Of a stretch of DNA of 64,000 nucleotides, positions 1 to 9,888 are shown in pieces. Below the pieces are notes generated by a model. The model saw only the letters and a program-made list of their open reading frames with translations. It searched no databases and had not been told where the DNA came from. Each line of letters opens with the position of its first letter. The first letter of the stretch is position 1. A program made the translations under genes and the position numbers. The DNA is from Gemmatimonadota bacterium. GTDB lineage: Bacteria > Latescibacterota > UBA2968 > UBA8231. The stretch is taken from contig JAYPJE010000003.1 of NCBI GenBank assembly GCA_038128265.1, forward strand, positions 61,278 through 125,277, written 5' to 3'.

Positions 1-339
1 CGCGAGACGGTCGATCGCCGCAACGAAGCCGACCAGCTCGTCTACGCAACGGAAAAATCGCTCAGCGAACACGGCGACAAAATCTCTGAGGACGAGAAGA
101 GCGCCGTCGAAGAAGCGCTTGGCGCCTTGAAAAAGGCGCTCGAGGACAACGATGATGAAGCGATCAAGAGCGGCTTGGAAACGCTCCAGCAGGCGTCGCA
201 TAAGCTGGCCGAAGCCATCTATAAGGATGCTCAGGCCCAACAGCAGGCCGAAGCCCCGAACGGCAACGCTGCGGCTGGTGGCGGCGACGACGGCGCGGTT
301 GACGCCGATTACGAGGTCGTAGAAGACGACAAAAAATAG
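1..339 (+). CDS. dnaK: Chaperone DnaK, C-terminal part (5'-truncated by window edge)
   Basis: Frame 1 is open from base 1: RETVDRRNEADQLVYATEKSLSEHGDKI...LQQASHKLAEAIY...VDADYEVVEDDKK, the typical DnaK lid and acidic tail. Confidence 0.95.
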   Translation, partial: RETVDRRNEADQLVYATEKSLSEHGDKISEDEKSAVEEALGALKKALEDNDDEAIKSGLETLQQASHKLAEAIYKDAQAQQQAEAPNGNAAAGGGDDGAVDADYEVVEDDKK

Positions 340-355
340 TCCCCGTCAGAACGCG

Positions 356-392
356 TGCGGGGGATGCCATATGGCATCCCCCGCATTTTTTT
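356..392 (+). terminator. Rho-independent terminator after dnaK
   Basis: Perfect inverted repeat tgcgggggatgccat/atggcatcccccgca (356-385) followed by a T run. Confidence 0.85.
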
Positions 393-414
393 GCCGCATG
401 CTGCGCACTCTGAC

Positions 415-1452
415 TCAGCCATCGGCAGGCATGAACATCAGCTTGATACCTTCCTGGGCTTCTGCTAGCGAAAACGCCTGCTCCCACTCGGATAGGCGCA
501 GGTGATGGGTAATCAGTTTTTCACTGGGAATGCGTCCGTTCTCCATCAGGCGCAATGCGCGCTTCCACGCCGGCCGCCGCTGGCCGATGCCCCCGCTAAC
601 CTGGAGTTCCTTGTAGGCGATCTGCTCGAAGTCAATTTCTATGGGTTTACCCGGTAAGCCCATCAGCGATACGCGTCCCCGCTTACGCACCAATTCCAAC
701 GCGAGGCGCATGGCCGGCGCCGCGCCGGCACACTCGACCACCACATCAGCTCCGTACCCATCGGTTAACGCGCGGATGCGTTCGACCGGGTCGCAGGCGT
801 CGATATTGACGACGTGCTGGACGCCCAGCTCTTCGGCCAGACGCAGTCGCTGCTCGTCTCGCTGCGTCCCAAATAAGACGACGGTTCCTCCCTCAGCCAG
901 TGCCACCAACGCCGCAAATAGCCCCACGGGCCCCGGTCCGGTGATCGCCACGATATCACCGGCAACTACACCGGCCTGTTCGATGACAGAGTGAACACAG
1001 CAGGCGAGCAGCTCCGTCAGCGCGCCGGCCTCAAATCCCACCGATTCCGGCAGCTTGTGCACAAAGGTCGCATCGCAGTAGGGTGCAAAACAGCCGTCGT
1101 GCCAGTAACCCATAACTTTGCGCTCGGGACACAGATTGTAGTGTTCGGAAAGGCAGTAGTCGCAGCGTCCGCAAATGTCTATACTCGGCTCGCCCGTAAC
1201 GCGATCGCCCACCGAAACGTGCTCGCCTACGTCGGCGCCCTTCTCGACAACTACACCACTGAACTCATGCCCCATGACCACCGGCGTGCGAATATTGTAG
1301 TTTATTGTGTCGTGGTAAACGTGCAGGTCCGACCCACAAATTCCCGTCGCACGCACTTCGATACGCACCTGGTTGGCCGGCAGGGCACGCTCTTCAATAG
1401 CGCGCAACGCAACGTGCCCACTCCCGCGCTCATATTTAATCACTCCCTGCAT
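415..1452 (-). CDS. Zn-dependent medium-chain dehydrogenase (sorbitol/threonine dehydrogenase-like)
   Basis: GICGSDLH, GHEFSG, structural Zn motif CGRCDYC..C, and GPGPVG nucleotide-binding motif. Confidence 0.9.
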   Translation of the reverse strand: MQGVIKYERGSGHVALRAIEERALPANQVRIEVRATGICGSDLHVYHDTINYNIRTPVVMGHEFSGVVVEKGADVGEHVSVGDRVTGEPSIDICGRCDYCLSEHYNLCPERKVMGYWHDGCFAPYCDATFVHKLPESVGFEAGALTELLACCVHSVIEQAGVVAGDIVAITGPGPVGLFAALVALAEGGTVVLFGTQRDEQRLRLAEELGVQHVVNIDACDPVERIRALTDGYGADVVVECAGAAPAMRLALELVRKRGRVSLMGLPGKPIEIDFEQIAYKELQVSGGIGQRRPAWKRALRLMENGRIPSEKLITHHLRLSEWEQAFSLAEAQEGIKLMFMPADG

Positions 1453-1816
1453 TGTGCAATCCTTTCTATCCGCTGCGGCCGAACGCGCTATAGACGAACC
1501 CTAAACTTGCCTGCAACACGCACTTCCGATCGACATAATCCCCAGGCACACGGGCTGCCTTTGATCTTGTTCTCCATAGAACTTTCGGCCAACTGTAGAA
1601 ATAGTTATCTTATTTGAGCATTTTAGATAAATAGATTTCTTTTCTCTTTTTTAATACTTTGTTACCTTGATATAGGCCATAAGCACAACCATACATCGTG
1701 AATGTGCCAATGGAGACAAAAACGAGTGACTATATACCCACAAAGAGAGCCCTTGTGCGCGACTGTTTTGCGAGTGTCCCCCCTTAAGATGCGATCACTA
1801 TAGTAAGCATTCCACT

Positions 1817-2368
1817 GTGACTCTTTTGCGCTGTATCCTCCCCATCCTCTTCGCTCTGACTGCCGTGCTGTGCGCCCCCTCGTCGGCTCAAAGCCCTTCT
1901 GAGCACCAGGTTAAGGCCGCTTTCCTGTACAACTTTGCCAACTTCGTAGAGTGGCCCTCTTCTGCGCTTGACGACACGTCTTCTATCGTCATCGGTATTC
2001 TCGGGGAAGACCCCTTTGGCCAGGTATTTACTCCCTTTGAAAACCGCTCAGTAAAAGGCCATCCCCTGCGTATCATCCACTCAAAGCTACTGCAGGAGCT
2101 TCCCTTCTGCCACATTCTTTTCATCAGTTCTTCAGAGGAAAAAAATCTACCGCAAATTTTCCAATATCTTAGCGATAGACCCGTCCTGACCGTCGGCGAA
2201 TCCGTTGGTTTTGCCCAGCGCGGCGGAGCGATTAACTTCGTGATGAAAAATAAAAAAGTGCGATTTGAAATCAACCAGCAGCGCGCGGGAAAGGCCGATT
2301 TGAAGATCAGTTCTAAGCTACTCAAACTCGCATCGATCGTCGAGGACGCACCGGAGTATATAGATTAA
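1817..2368 (+). CDS. YfiR/DUF4154-family periplasmic protein
   Basis: Signal peptide; EHQVKAAFLYNFANFVEWP, CHILFIS, VLTVGE, VRFEIN and LKISSKLLKLA signatures. Confidence 0.9.
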   Translation: MTLLRCILPILFALTAVLCAPSSAQSPSEHQVKAAFLYNFANFVEWPSSALDDTSSIVIGILGEDPFGQVFTPFENRSVKGHPLRIIHSKLLQELPFCHILFISSSEEKNLPQIFQYLSDRPVLTVGESVGFAQRGGAINFVMKNKKVRFEINQQRAGKADLKISSKLLKLASIVEDAPEYID

Positions 2369-3780
2369 TGGTCTCTTTCCGCGACGTATCAATTAAGCGC
2401 AAATTAACCACCATTATCCTGCTTTCTAGCAGTATTGCGCTCATTCTCTCCTGTGCCGCATTGGCCACCTACGATTGGATTTCCTCCGAGCGCGCGCTCG
2501 TCAATCGCATCGGTACAATGGCCGAGATAATCGGTCTCAACAGCACGGCGGCCCTGGCGTTCGACAGCGCCGAAGACGCACAAGAGACGCTTTCGGCCCT
2601 CCGCGTAGAACAGCATGTTGTGGCCGCTTATATCTACGATGCCGACGGCGCCCTCTTCGCCACGTATGCAGTCTCGGAACGGGCTTTTACTCCCACGAGC
2701 ATGGGCGAAGACAGCCACTCTTTTATCGACGACCAACTGCACTTGCTGCGCACCATACAGCTCGACGGTCGACGAGTCGGATCGGTATATATCGTAACGG
2801 GCCTCGGCGAGATGGAAGATCGCCTGCAGCGCTATGCCGGCATCGTCGCCTTAGCGATACTAATCGCCTCGGCGGCCTCGTTTCTAGTCGGTGCGCGCCT
2901 CCGCGACCAAATTTCCACGCCGCTGTTAAACCTGGCGGCGCAGATGCGCACCGTATCCAGCCAACAGGACTACAGCGTGCGTGCACAGAGCTATAGCCGC
3001 GACGAACTCGGCGAGCTAATCGACGGGTTCAACGACATGTTGGAGCAGATACAGGATCGCGACGTCGCGCTGATCCAAGCGCGCGACGATCTTTCGCACA
3101 AAGCCGACGAGCTTCAAGTAGAGCTAGTGGAACGCCACCGCATCGAAGCACAGATAACGGCCTCGCTCGAAGAGAAAGAAGTGCTCCTGAAAGAGATTCA
3201 CCACCGCGTGAAAAATAATCTGCAGGTCATATCTAGCCTGCTCGACCTGCAGGCCAACAACATCCGTGACGAACAGACAGTATCTATGTTCCGCGATAGC
3301 CAAAATCGCGTCACTTCGATGGGCCTCATACATGAGCGCCTTTACCAAGCCAGCGATCTGGCGCGCATCGAGTTTTCTGAGTATATCGCCGAACTCACAC
3401 AGAACCTGCTCCAATCGTACTCCACCAACGCGCACAACATCAGCCTATCGACGACGGCTGACCCCATTTCTCTCGACGTAGACACCAGTATTCCTTGTGG
3501 CCTGATCATTAATGAATTAGTTTCCAACTCGCTTAAGTATGCATTTCCGGATGGACGAGAAGGACGCATTCACGTTGAGCTACGGAAGTGTGAAGCGAAC
3601 GAACTGCTACTTGTAGTCAGGGATAACGGCATAGGTCTGCCAGAGGGATTCGACGCGCGCAAAACGCAGTCGCTGGGTCTGAAGCTCGTACACACACTGG
3701 TGCGACAGCTCAGGGGCAAGCTGGAAATCTCTGGTTCTAACGGCGCCGAGTTCTCCATTCGCTTCACCACACATAGCTAG
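2368..3780 (+). CDS. Membrane sensor histidine kinase (YfiN-like periplasmic sensor + HAMP + HisKA_2 + HATPase)
   Basis: Two TM segments, AALAFDSAEDAQETL sensor, HAMP (DELGELIDGFNDML), LLKEIHHRVKNNLQ H-box, NELVSNSLKYAF and DNGIG; start overlaps the yfiR-like stop (TAATG). Confidence 0.9.
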   Translation: MVSFRDVSIKRKLTTIILLSSSIALILSCAALATYDWISSERALVNRIGTMAEIIGLNSTAALAFDSAEDAQETLSALRVEQHVVAAYIYDADGALFATYAVSERAFTPTSMGEDSHSFIDDQLHLLRTIQLDGRRVGSVYIVTGLGEMEDRLQRYAGIVALAILIASAASFLVGARLRDQISTPLLNLAAQMRTVSSQQDYSVRAQSYSRDELGELIDGFNDMLEQIQDRDVALIQARDDLSHKADELQVELVERHRIEAQITASLEEKEVLLKEIHHRVKNNLQVISSLLDLQANNIRDEQTVSMFRDSQNRVTSMGLIHERLYQASDLARIEFSEYIAELTQNLLQSYSTNAHNISLSTTADPISLDVDTSIPCGLIINELVSNSLKYAFPDGREGRIHVELRKCEANELLLVVRDNGIGLPEGFDARKTQSLGLKLVHTLVRQLRGKLEISGSNGAEFSIRFTTHS

Positions 3781-3798
3781 AGGCATAGGAGCGATGAG

Positions 3799-5403
3799 GT
3801 GTCAGCGAAACGCATTATGGTCGTCGAGGACGAGGCTATAGTAGCGCTCGACCTCCAAAGCAAGCTCGAGGACAAAGGCTACGAAGTACCCGCCATATTG
3901 GCCACGGGCGAAGACGCCATCAAGAGGGCCGGGGAGCTGTTGCCCGACCTAATCCTCATGGACATCAACCTCGCCGGTCAGCTCGACGGCACGCAGGCGG
4001 CTGAACAGATACACAAGCAGTACGATATACCGGTAGTCTATCTGACGGCTTTTTCGGACGAGAAAACGCTCGAAAGAGCCAAAGGGGCAGCTCCTTTTGG
4101 CTATATGCTCAAGCCATTTGAGGAGAAGAAGCTCTATGCCACCGTTGAAATCGCCCTTTACAAGCATCAATCCGACCGGGAAAAAGAGCGGCTCGAAGCA
4201 CAGCTGAGCCAATCGAGGAAAATGGAGGCCATCGGTCGCCTGACCGCCGGCATGGCCTACCACTTCACCAATATCTTGCAGGGCATACAGGGCAATCTCG
4301 ACCTGGCCATGCTCAACGCCTCGGACGGGCTAAGGCCCTTTCTCGACGCAGCAGACTACGATACCCAGCGCGCCGCACAAGCGCTCAAACAGCTGCTGGC
4401 ATTTTATCAGAGGGAAAACCTACCGCACGCATCCGTCGACGTGCACTCCATCATCAGCGACGTAGCCGACACCTGTCGCAACGTATTCGCACGCAACCAG
4501 CGCCGCATGGTGGAGCTGCAGGTCGAGTCGAGCGACGATCCCGTCGCCGTATTGGGCGATTCCAACCAGCTGCGCCAGAGCCTGTCTAATCTGTGTATCA
4601 ACGCCCGCGACGCACTCGAGTCGCTACCCACCGACGATCCACGCGCGGCGCGCATAGTGCTCGCTTCTCACGTAGTGGAGTTGCAAACGCTGCCGGCATC
4701 TGCGCATGCACACGCTACACCGGGCTCCTATGTGCAGCTCAGCGTGAGCGACAACGGAATCGGCATGGACGACGAGGCGAAAGAACACCTCTTTGAACCG
4801 TTCTACTCCAACGTCGACATCGAACACGGAAAGGGCCTCAGCCTGGCTGCGACCTATTCGATCGTCAGCGAACACCAGGGCTGGATAGAATGCGACAGCA
4901 CGCCGGGCGAAGGCACGACCATCTCCATATTCCTACCCGTGCAAACAGATCAAGAGCCCACCTCAGTTCGCGCGCTGAGCTCGCCCGAAATCATCACCAG
5001 CGATGATGCCATCTTCGATACGGATCGGCTTCGCGGCACGGAAAAAATTCTCGTCATCGCCGACGTCGATCGCGGACGCCGCGTGCTCTCTGCAATGCTC
5101 GAACACCATGGTTACGACGTCCTCGTTGGCCTGGATATTCGCGACGGCCTGAACCTGTTTGAGATGGCGCGCAACGACGTCTCGCTCGTTCTGCTCGACC
5201 TATCGCAAACCAACAACTCCGCGCGCGAAATTCTCGACCAGATCCTCGCGTTGGATCCAGACGCGCACATCTTGGCCACGACGGGCTACACGCAGGACAG
5301 CACGCCGTGGCTCGGGGCGCAGGCCGTTCTCAACAAGCCCTTTAAGACGCATCACCTGCTGCGCACGGTGCGAAGTATTATCGACGGGAAGACGAATTCA
5401 TAG
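3799..5403 (+). CDS. Hybrid receiver-kinase-receiver protein with degenerate kinase and C-terminal receiver motifs
   Basis: Intact N-terminal REC (VVEDE, DLILMDINL, LTA, KPF); kinase core (NLCINARDA, DNGIGM, FEPFY); second REC-like domain (LLDL, TGY, KPF). Confidence 0.85.
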   Translation: MSAKRIMVVEDEAIVALDLQSKLEDKGYEVPAILATGEDAIKRAGELLPDLILMDINLAGQLDGTQAAEQIHKQYDIPVVYLTAFSDEKTLERAKGAAPFGYMLKPFEEKKLYATVEIALYKHQSDREKERLEAQLSQSRKMEAIGRLTAGMAYHFTNILQGIQGNLDLAMLNASDGLRPFLDAADYDTQRAAQALKQLLAFYQRENLPHASVDVHSIISDVADTCRNVFARNQRRMVELQVESSDDPVAVLGDSNQLRQSLSNLCINARDALESLPTDDPRAARIVLASHVVELQTLPASAHAHATPGSYVQLSVSDNGIGMDDEAKEHLFEPFYSNVDIEHGKGLSLAATYSIVSEHQGWIECDSTPGEGTTISIFLPVQTDQEPTSVRALSSPEIITSDDAIFDTDRLRGTEKILVIADVDRGRRVLSAMLEHHGYDVLVGLDIRDGLNLFEMARNDVSLVLLDLSQTNNSAREILDQILALDPDAHILATTGYTQDSTPWLGAQAVLNKPFKTHHLLRTVRSIIDGKTNS

Positions 5404-5567
5404 CGCAGGGGGAGACATCCCCTCAAGGCTATCTGGCGTGAGCGCTCGGCCGCGGCGGCCATGCTCCGAGCGGTTCACGCGCCTGCGGGCGACCCGTTTG
5501 CCTATCACCTTTCCATTCACACTGAACCGGCGGCCAGCCGTCTGCCCTCCAACTAGGCCGAGCCGGC

Positions 5568-5597
5568 TTGCTCCATGTCCAGAGCAAACCTTATATT
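5568..5597 (+). promoter_or_regulatory. Putative sigma70-type promoter of tRNA-Thr
   Basis: TTGCTC-18 bp-TATATT, 32 bp upstream of the tRNA. Confidence 0.4.
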
Positions 5598-5629
5598 CTG
5601 ATCGCCCCCGCCTTTTTGCATTCCCATAG

Positions 5630-5705
5630 GCCGCTTTAGCTCAACTGGTAGAGCACCTGACTTGTAATCAGGAGGTTACGGGTTCGATTCCCGTAGGCGG
5701 CTCCA
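5630..5705 (+). tRNA. tRNA-Thr (anticodon UGU)
   Basis: Acceptor stem GCCGCTT/AGGCGGC, D arm with TGGTA, anticodon arm cctga-cTTGTAa-tcagg, GGTTCGATTC T loop and encoded CCA; 76 nt. Confidence 0.97.
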
Positions 5706-5729
5706 CTTATTCCTCGCCAAAGCTCGCCT

Positions 5730-6512
5730 CTACTTCAGCACTTCGCGCGCCCTATCGGCCATCTCGGCCATGCCAAACTGCAGCATGCGCACGGCCGCAC
5801 CGAAGCCGCCAAACTGCATGCCGCGCTGGTGCAATTTCTCCAACATACTCGTTCCAACAAAGTGACTGCCGGCGATTTTGCCGTGTTTCCGACAGGCCTC
5901 GACGAGGCGCTCTGCCACCGCCAGGACGCGCGGGTGCTCTACCTGTCCCGGCACACCCAGCGCCGTGCTCAAATCGCCAGGCCCCATATAGAGCATGTCG
6001 ACGCCTGGCACGGCGGCCATATCTTCCAGGCAATTGACCGCCGCCTCCGTCTCTATTTGCACAATAGTCAGCAGGTGCTCGTTGGCATCCCGCATATAGC
6101 CGGCCAAATCTTCTGGTGCAGCAAACTCGTTGTGCGGACGCGCAAAATGGGCCCCGCGCTGGCCCAGCGGCGGGTATTTCGAGTACTCTACGGCGCGTTC
6201 GACGTCGGCCACAGTGTTGGCCATCGGCACCATAACCCCTTCGGCCCCCGCGTCGAGCGCGCGCATAATCTCTCCCCGATCTGGACCGGACACGCGCACC
6301 AGCGGACACACGCCCCAGCGCTTACCGGCATCGATCTGTTGGGCGATGTCCAGTGGATTCCAATAACCGTGTTCGTTATCCACCAACAAAAAATCAAAGT
6401 GCGCCTGCTGTAGAAAGCGCGCCAAAGCGGGCGTGCGCAGTTCTACGACAAACGTACCCATGGCAAAATGGCCCTCTTTGATGCGCTCGCGCATCGCGGC
6501 TGCTAGTTGCAT
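5730..6512 (-). CDS. HpcH/HpaI-family aldolase
   Basis: FDFLLVDNEHG, RALDAGAEGVMVP, KYPPLGQRG, QIET and GPGDLS motifs. Confidence 0.9.
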   Translation of the reverse strand: MQLAAAMRERIKEGHFAMGTFVVELRTPALARFLQQAHFDFLLVDNEHGYWNPLDIAQQIDAGKRWGVCPLVRVSGPDRGEIMRALDAGAEGVMVPMANTVADVERAVEYSKYPPLGQRGAHFARPHNEFAAPEDLAGYMRDANEHLLTIVQIETEAAVNCLEDMAAVPGVDMLYMGPGDLSTALGVPGQVEHPRVLAVAERLVEACRKHGKIAGSHFVGTSMLEKLHQRGMQFGGFGAAVRMLQFGMAEMADRAREVLK

Positions 6513-6571
6513 AATTCCCCCTTCGCAGTTTGTGCTTTACTATTCTACACGTCGCTTTTATTATAGCGCCT

Positions 6572-7333
6572 ATGGCTCGTCTAAACCCATGGCGTCGACC
6601 CCTCTTCTGCCTCGCACTGTGCCTATTTGCAAACGCGGCGACTGCAGTGACAACCTATCGGGGCAGTGCGAACTACCTGACGGTCTGGAGCACCAACATT
6701 CGCTTTCCCACCTTCAGCAAAGAATTCAGCGAAGGGGCCGGCACCATACGAGTAGGCGGTGCCAAACAGCTCTTTCTCGATTCCGACAGCCAGTCGGTCG
6801 GCCTGCGCCTCACGCGCGAGTATATTCGCCCCAACGGTTCCGGTCTCGGTTTCTCCATATCGGCCTGGCGCGGCTCGTTTGCCGACGAGGCCTTCCTCTA
6901 CGATAGAGAAGGCATCAATCGCTTTATCGCCGAGTATAGAAATCCCAAGCATACCTATCTCTTTGCCGACCTACACTTTGCGCTGGTACCGTGGGAATCG
7001 GGCTCCCGGGCGCTGGGCATATACAGCCTGTTCAGCCTGGTAGGGGACCGCGAGGAATACCGCATTGAACGCTATGCGCTGCGCGGCACCGATCCAACCC
7101 GCAGAGATCTCAGCGAAGCGGAGCGCAGCCGCAGCGACCTGCGCTTTGGCTTTGGCTTTGGCACGCGACTGCATTTGGCTAAGCGCGCCGCCCTATGGCT
7201 GGAAAAGCGCTGGATCGTCGGCGAGCGCTTTGGCGTCGGCCAGACCCTAGGCGAGGGCGGCCTATTCGAAGGTGGACGCCAAAAGACGCTCTACGTCCCC
7301 TTTAACTCATTCGGTTTTTCACTGGCGTTCTAA
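6572..7333 (+). CDS. Putative outer-membrane beta-barrel protein of unknown function
   Basis: Signal peptide ending in ANAATA, amphipathic beta-strands (DLRFGFGFGTRLHL) and C-terminal Phe (SFGFSLAF). Start placed at ATG 6572. Confidence 0.6.
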   Translation: MARLNPWRRPLFCLALCLFANAATAVTTYRGSANYLTVWSTNIRFPTFSKEFSEGAGTIRVGGAKQLFLDSDSQSVGLRLTREYIRPNGSGLGFSISAWRGSFADEAFLYDREGINRFIAEYRNPKHTYLFADLHFALVPWESGSRALGIYSLFSLVGDREEYRIERYALRGTDPTRRDLSEAERSRSDLRFGFGFGTRLHLAKRAALWLEKRWIVGERFGVGQTLGEGGLFEGGRQKTLYVPFNSFGFSLAF

Positions 7334-7835
7334 CCCATTCAGCCAAGTCCGACCACGGCTTATCGCTCCAAAAGCCCCGCGCCGCGCCCGACGTAGAAGG
7401 CAGGGCAAAAATCCGCGTCTCGGCAATGGTCTCCGGCTGCAGCCCGTATTCAACCGGTCGCTGCAAGAACAGCGAAGCCGCGCGCTTGCCGTTGAACGCC
7501 AGCGCACGCGGTGTCCATCGCTCTATTTTCCCACGCAGCAGCGGGGCATCGTAATCAGCGGGACGCAGCGCCGCATCGGCGCCGGAAACTCGCTTGGCCA
7601 AATCGGTCAGGCCAATGCCATAGCGCAGTACGTCATCATAGGCCCTCGCATCCAACACGGAGGGCAGCAGTCCAATAGCCTGGAGCGTAGGCCAGAAACG
7701 GTTGCCCGGACCTGCGTAGTAGGCCCTTGCCTGGGCCGAATGGGTGCCGGCTGCCGAGCCGCAAAAGACCACGTCCAATCCCACCTGCAATACATCGGGC
7801 AGCGCATCAACCGCGTGAACAGATCGCTCAGCCAT
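7302..7835 (-). CDS. mug: Mismatch-specific (G:T/U) DNA glycosylase, MUG family
   Basis: LPDVL..GLDVVFCG, YYAGPGNRFW, GIGLTDL, AFNGK and LPSTSG motifs. Confidence 0.88.
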   Translation of the reverse strand: MAERSVHAVDALPDVLQVGLDVVFCGSAAGTHSAQARAYYAGPGNRFWPTLQAIGLLPSVLDARAYDDVLRYGIGLTDLAKRVSGADAALRPADYDAPLLRGKIERWTPRALAFNGKRAASLFLQRPVEYGLQPETIAETRIFALPSTSGAARGFWSDKPWSDLAEWVRTPVKNRMS

Positions 7836-8137
7836 ATGGCCCGCGTGCCGATCGACTGCGTATGTCCCATCTCGCCGTGCTGTATTTCATATTGCCTGGC
7901 GCCGCGCGCAAATGCGAGTTCCCAAACGGGGTGAAAAAATATAGCCAAAGTAAATGGGGGAGCCCACCGCTAGGCCGACCGCATTACCGGCCAACCAAGT
8001 AGACTAAACACAAAGAGCTGCCGAACCTCCGGACAGCACGCCCAATACCCCTTCGCCCTCGCACCCTATACTGCGTATATTTGCCCCGTTTTTCAACGGA
8101 ATTTAACACGCACTGCAATTGGTTAGGAGCATGCCAT

Positions 8138-9352
8138 ATGGACACAGTACATCTTGCCTGTATTGGCCTAGGGGGACGCGGGACGGGCTTGGCCAACCTA
8201 GTCGCCAGCATGGACGACGTCCGCGTCGTCGCCGTATGCGACGGGTACGCCGACCGCGTCGAACGCGCCGTTCAGCGCATCGAAGAGGCGCACGGATACC
8301 GTCCGGAGGGCTATACCGACTATCGCCCGTTACTCGATCGCCAAGACGTGGACGGAGCAATCGTCGCCACGAGTTGGACTACCCACGTAGAGGTCTCGCT
8401 CGCCGCGCTACGCGCAGGGCTCTACGTGGGAACAGAAGTTGGCGGCGCCTCCTCCCTACAGGAGTGCTGGGAGCTCGTGCGCACGAGTGAGGAAACCGGC
8501 ATGCCTTTTATGCTGCTGGAAAATTGCTGCTACGGGCGCGAAGAAATGGCCGTGCTCAACATGGTCAAGAAGGGACTCTTTGGCGAGTTGATTCACTGCC
8601 AGTGCGGCTACGAACACGACCTGCGCTCCGAGATCACGCGCGGCGGAGAAAACCGACATTACCGGCTCAACAACTTTACCTACCGCAACGGCGATCTCTA
8701 CCCTACGCACGGACTCGGTCCCATCGCCAAAATGCTCGACATCAACAAGGGAAATCGCTTTGTCTCACTGGTATCGATGAGTTCTAAGGCACGCGGTCTC
8801 CATCAATACGCAGTCGATCAACTCGGTTCCGAACACGCCCAATTCGACACGGTCTTCAATCAGGGCGACATCACGACCACGATGATAAAGTGCGCCAACG
8901 GCGAGACCGTATTGCTAACGCACGACTGCTCGCTGCCGCGACCCTATTCGCGCGCCCAGCGCGTGCAGGGCACCAAGGGGCTGTGGATGGAGGACAAGAA
9001 TGCGCTGCACTTTGACGGCGACGGCGAAAACTGGGTGCCAATGGATGCCTTTTTCGAGGAACACGAACACCCCGTATGGAAAGACTTTATGGCCGGCGGT
9101 ATCAAGGGCGGACACGGCGGCATGGACTGGCTCGTTCAGCGCGCTTTTATCGAAGCAATAAAAGCACGCCGGCAAACGCCCATCGACGTCTACGACTCGG
9201 TGGCCTGGATGGCCGTCACCGCGCTGTCGGAAGACTCCATCGCCTGCGGCAGCCAGCCGCAGCCCTTTCCCGATTTCACCAACGGCAAGTGGATTCGCAA
9301 CCGCCCCGACCCCGATCACTATTGGACATTAGATGGCATCTACTGCCCATAG
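8138..9352 (+). CDS. GH109-type NAD-dependent glycosidase (Gfo/Idh/MocA fold; alpha-N-acetylgalactosaminidase-like)
   Basis: IGLGGRG, MLLENCCY, YEHDLR, LYPTHGLGP, LPRPYSR, GGHGGMD and FPDFT motifs; AGGAG RBS before ATG 8138; no export signal. Confidence 0.88.
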   Translation: MDTVHLACIGLGGRGTGLANLVASMDDVRVVAVCDGYADRVERAVQRIEEAHGYRPEGYTDYRPLLDRQDVDGAIVATSWTTHVEVSLAALRAGLYVGTEVGGASSLQECWELVRTSEETGMPFMLLENCCYGREEMAVLNMVKKGLFGELIHCQCGYEHDLRSEITRGGENRHYRLNNFTYRNGDLYPTHGLGPIAKMLDINKGNRFVSLVSMSSKARGLHQYAVDQLGSEHAQFDTVFNQGDITTTMIKCANGETVLLTHDCSLPRPYSRAQRVQGTKGLWMEDKNALHFDGDGENWVPMDAFFEEHEHPVWKDFMAGGIKGGHGGMDWLVQRAFIEAIKARRQTPIDVYDSVAWMAVTALSEDSIACGSQPQPFPDFTNGKWIRNRPDPDHYWTLDGIYCP

Positions 9353-9579
9353 GCTCGGCTTATGCCACGCCTAACCGCCCGTCGCATTCCCTATACTGCC
9401 CGCGGCACGGCGCGCCGCGGGGCAAAATATAAAAAACTTAAGATACTGTTTTTTCTTGATATACAAGACATATATTGACGAGTACGACAACCCCATTTTT
9501 TCTCGTTGACTTTTCGCCAGCAGGCCTTCTAATTCAAAAAAGGCGAACTTCTACACACCACGAATTAGGAGGATGTACC

Positions 9580-9849
9580 ATGCCCGCTGCCAAAAAGAGC
9601 AGGGTTAATTTCGTTCTTCACGCCCCCGGTGCGCGCGAAGTGTATCTCGCCGGGACTTTCAATGGTTGGGATCCACAGTCGCGGCCCTTGCGCTGCGATA
9701 AAAAGGGCAATTGGCGCACTTGGATGAATCTGCCCACCGGCCCGCACGAGTATCGCTTTATTGTCAACGGCGACTGGCAGGAAGATCCGCAGGCCGACGA
9801 GCGCGCGGTAAATCCCTACGGGGCTTTCAACTCGGTGGTTCAGGTCTAA
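9580..9849 (+). CDS. Stand-alone glycogen-binding (CBM48/AMPK-beta-like) domain protein
   Basis: APGAREVYLAGTFNGW...GNW...L..G.HEYRFIVNGDWQEDP...NPYG.FNSV; strong AGGAGG RBS. Confidence 0.88.
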   Translation: MPAAKKSRVNFVLHAPGAREVYLAGTFNGWDPQSRPLRCDKKGNWRTWMNLPTGPHEYRFIVNGDWQEDPQADERAVNPYGAFNSVVQV

Positions 9850-9856
9850 ATGGCGC

Positions 9857-9886
9857 CCCTCGCCTGGAGCCGCGCTCCAGGCGGGG
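9857..9886. terminator. Hairpin between convergent genes (possible terminator)
   Basis: cgcctggagc-cgc-gctccaggcg inverted repeat with no clear U-tail. Confidence 0.45.
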
Positions 9887-9888
9887 AT

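Noticed and set aside
1710..1802. 30-codon ORF in the AT-rich leader of the yfiR-like gene
   Set aside because: It has no RBS or motif and is expected by chance.
5630..5730. tRNA-Thr as an integration site of a genomic island
   Set aside because: No integrase is present, and I noticed no duplicate of the tRNA 3' end in the window.
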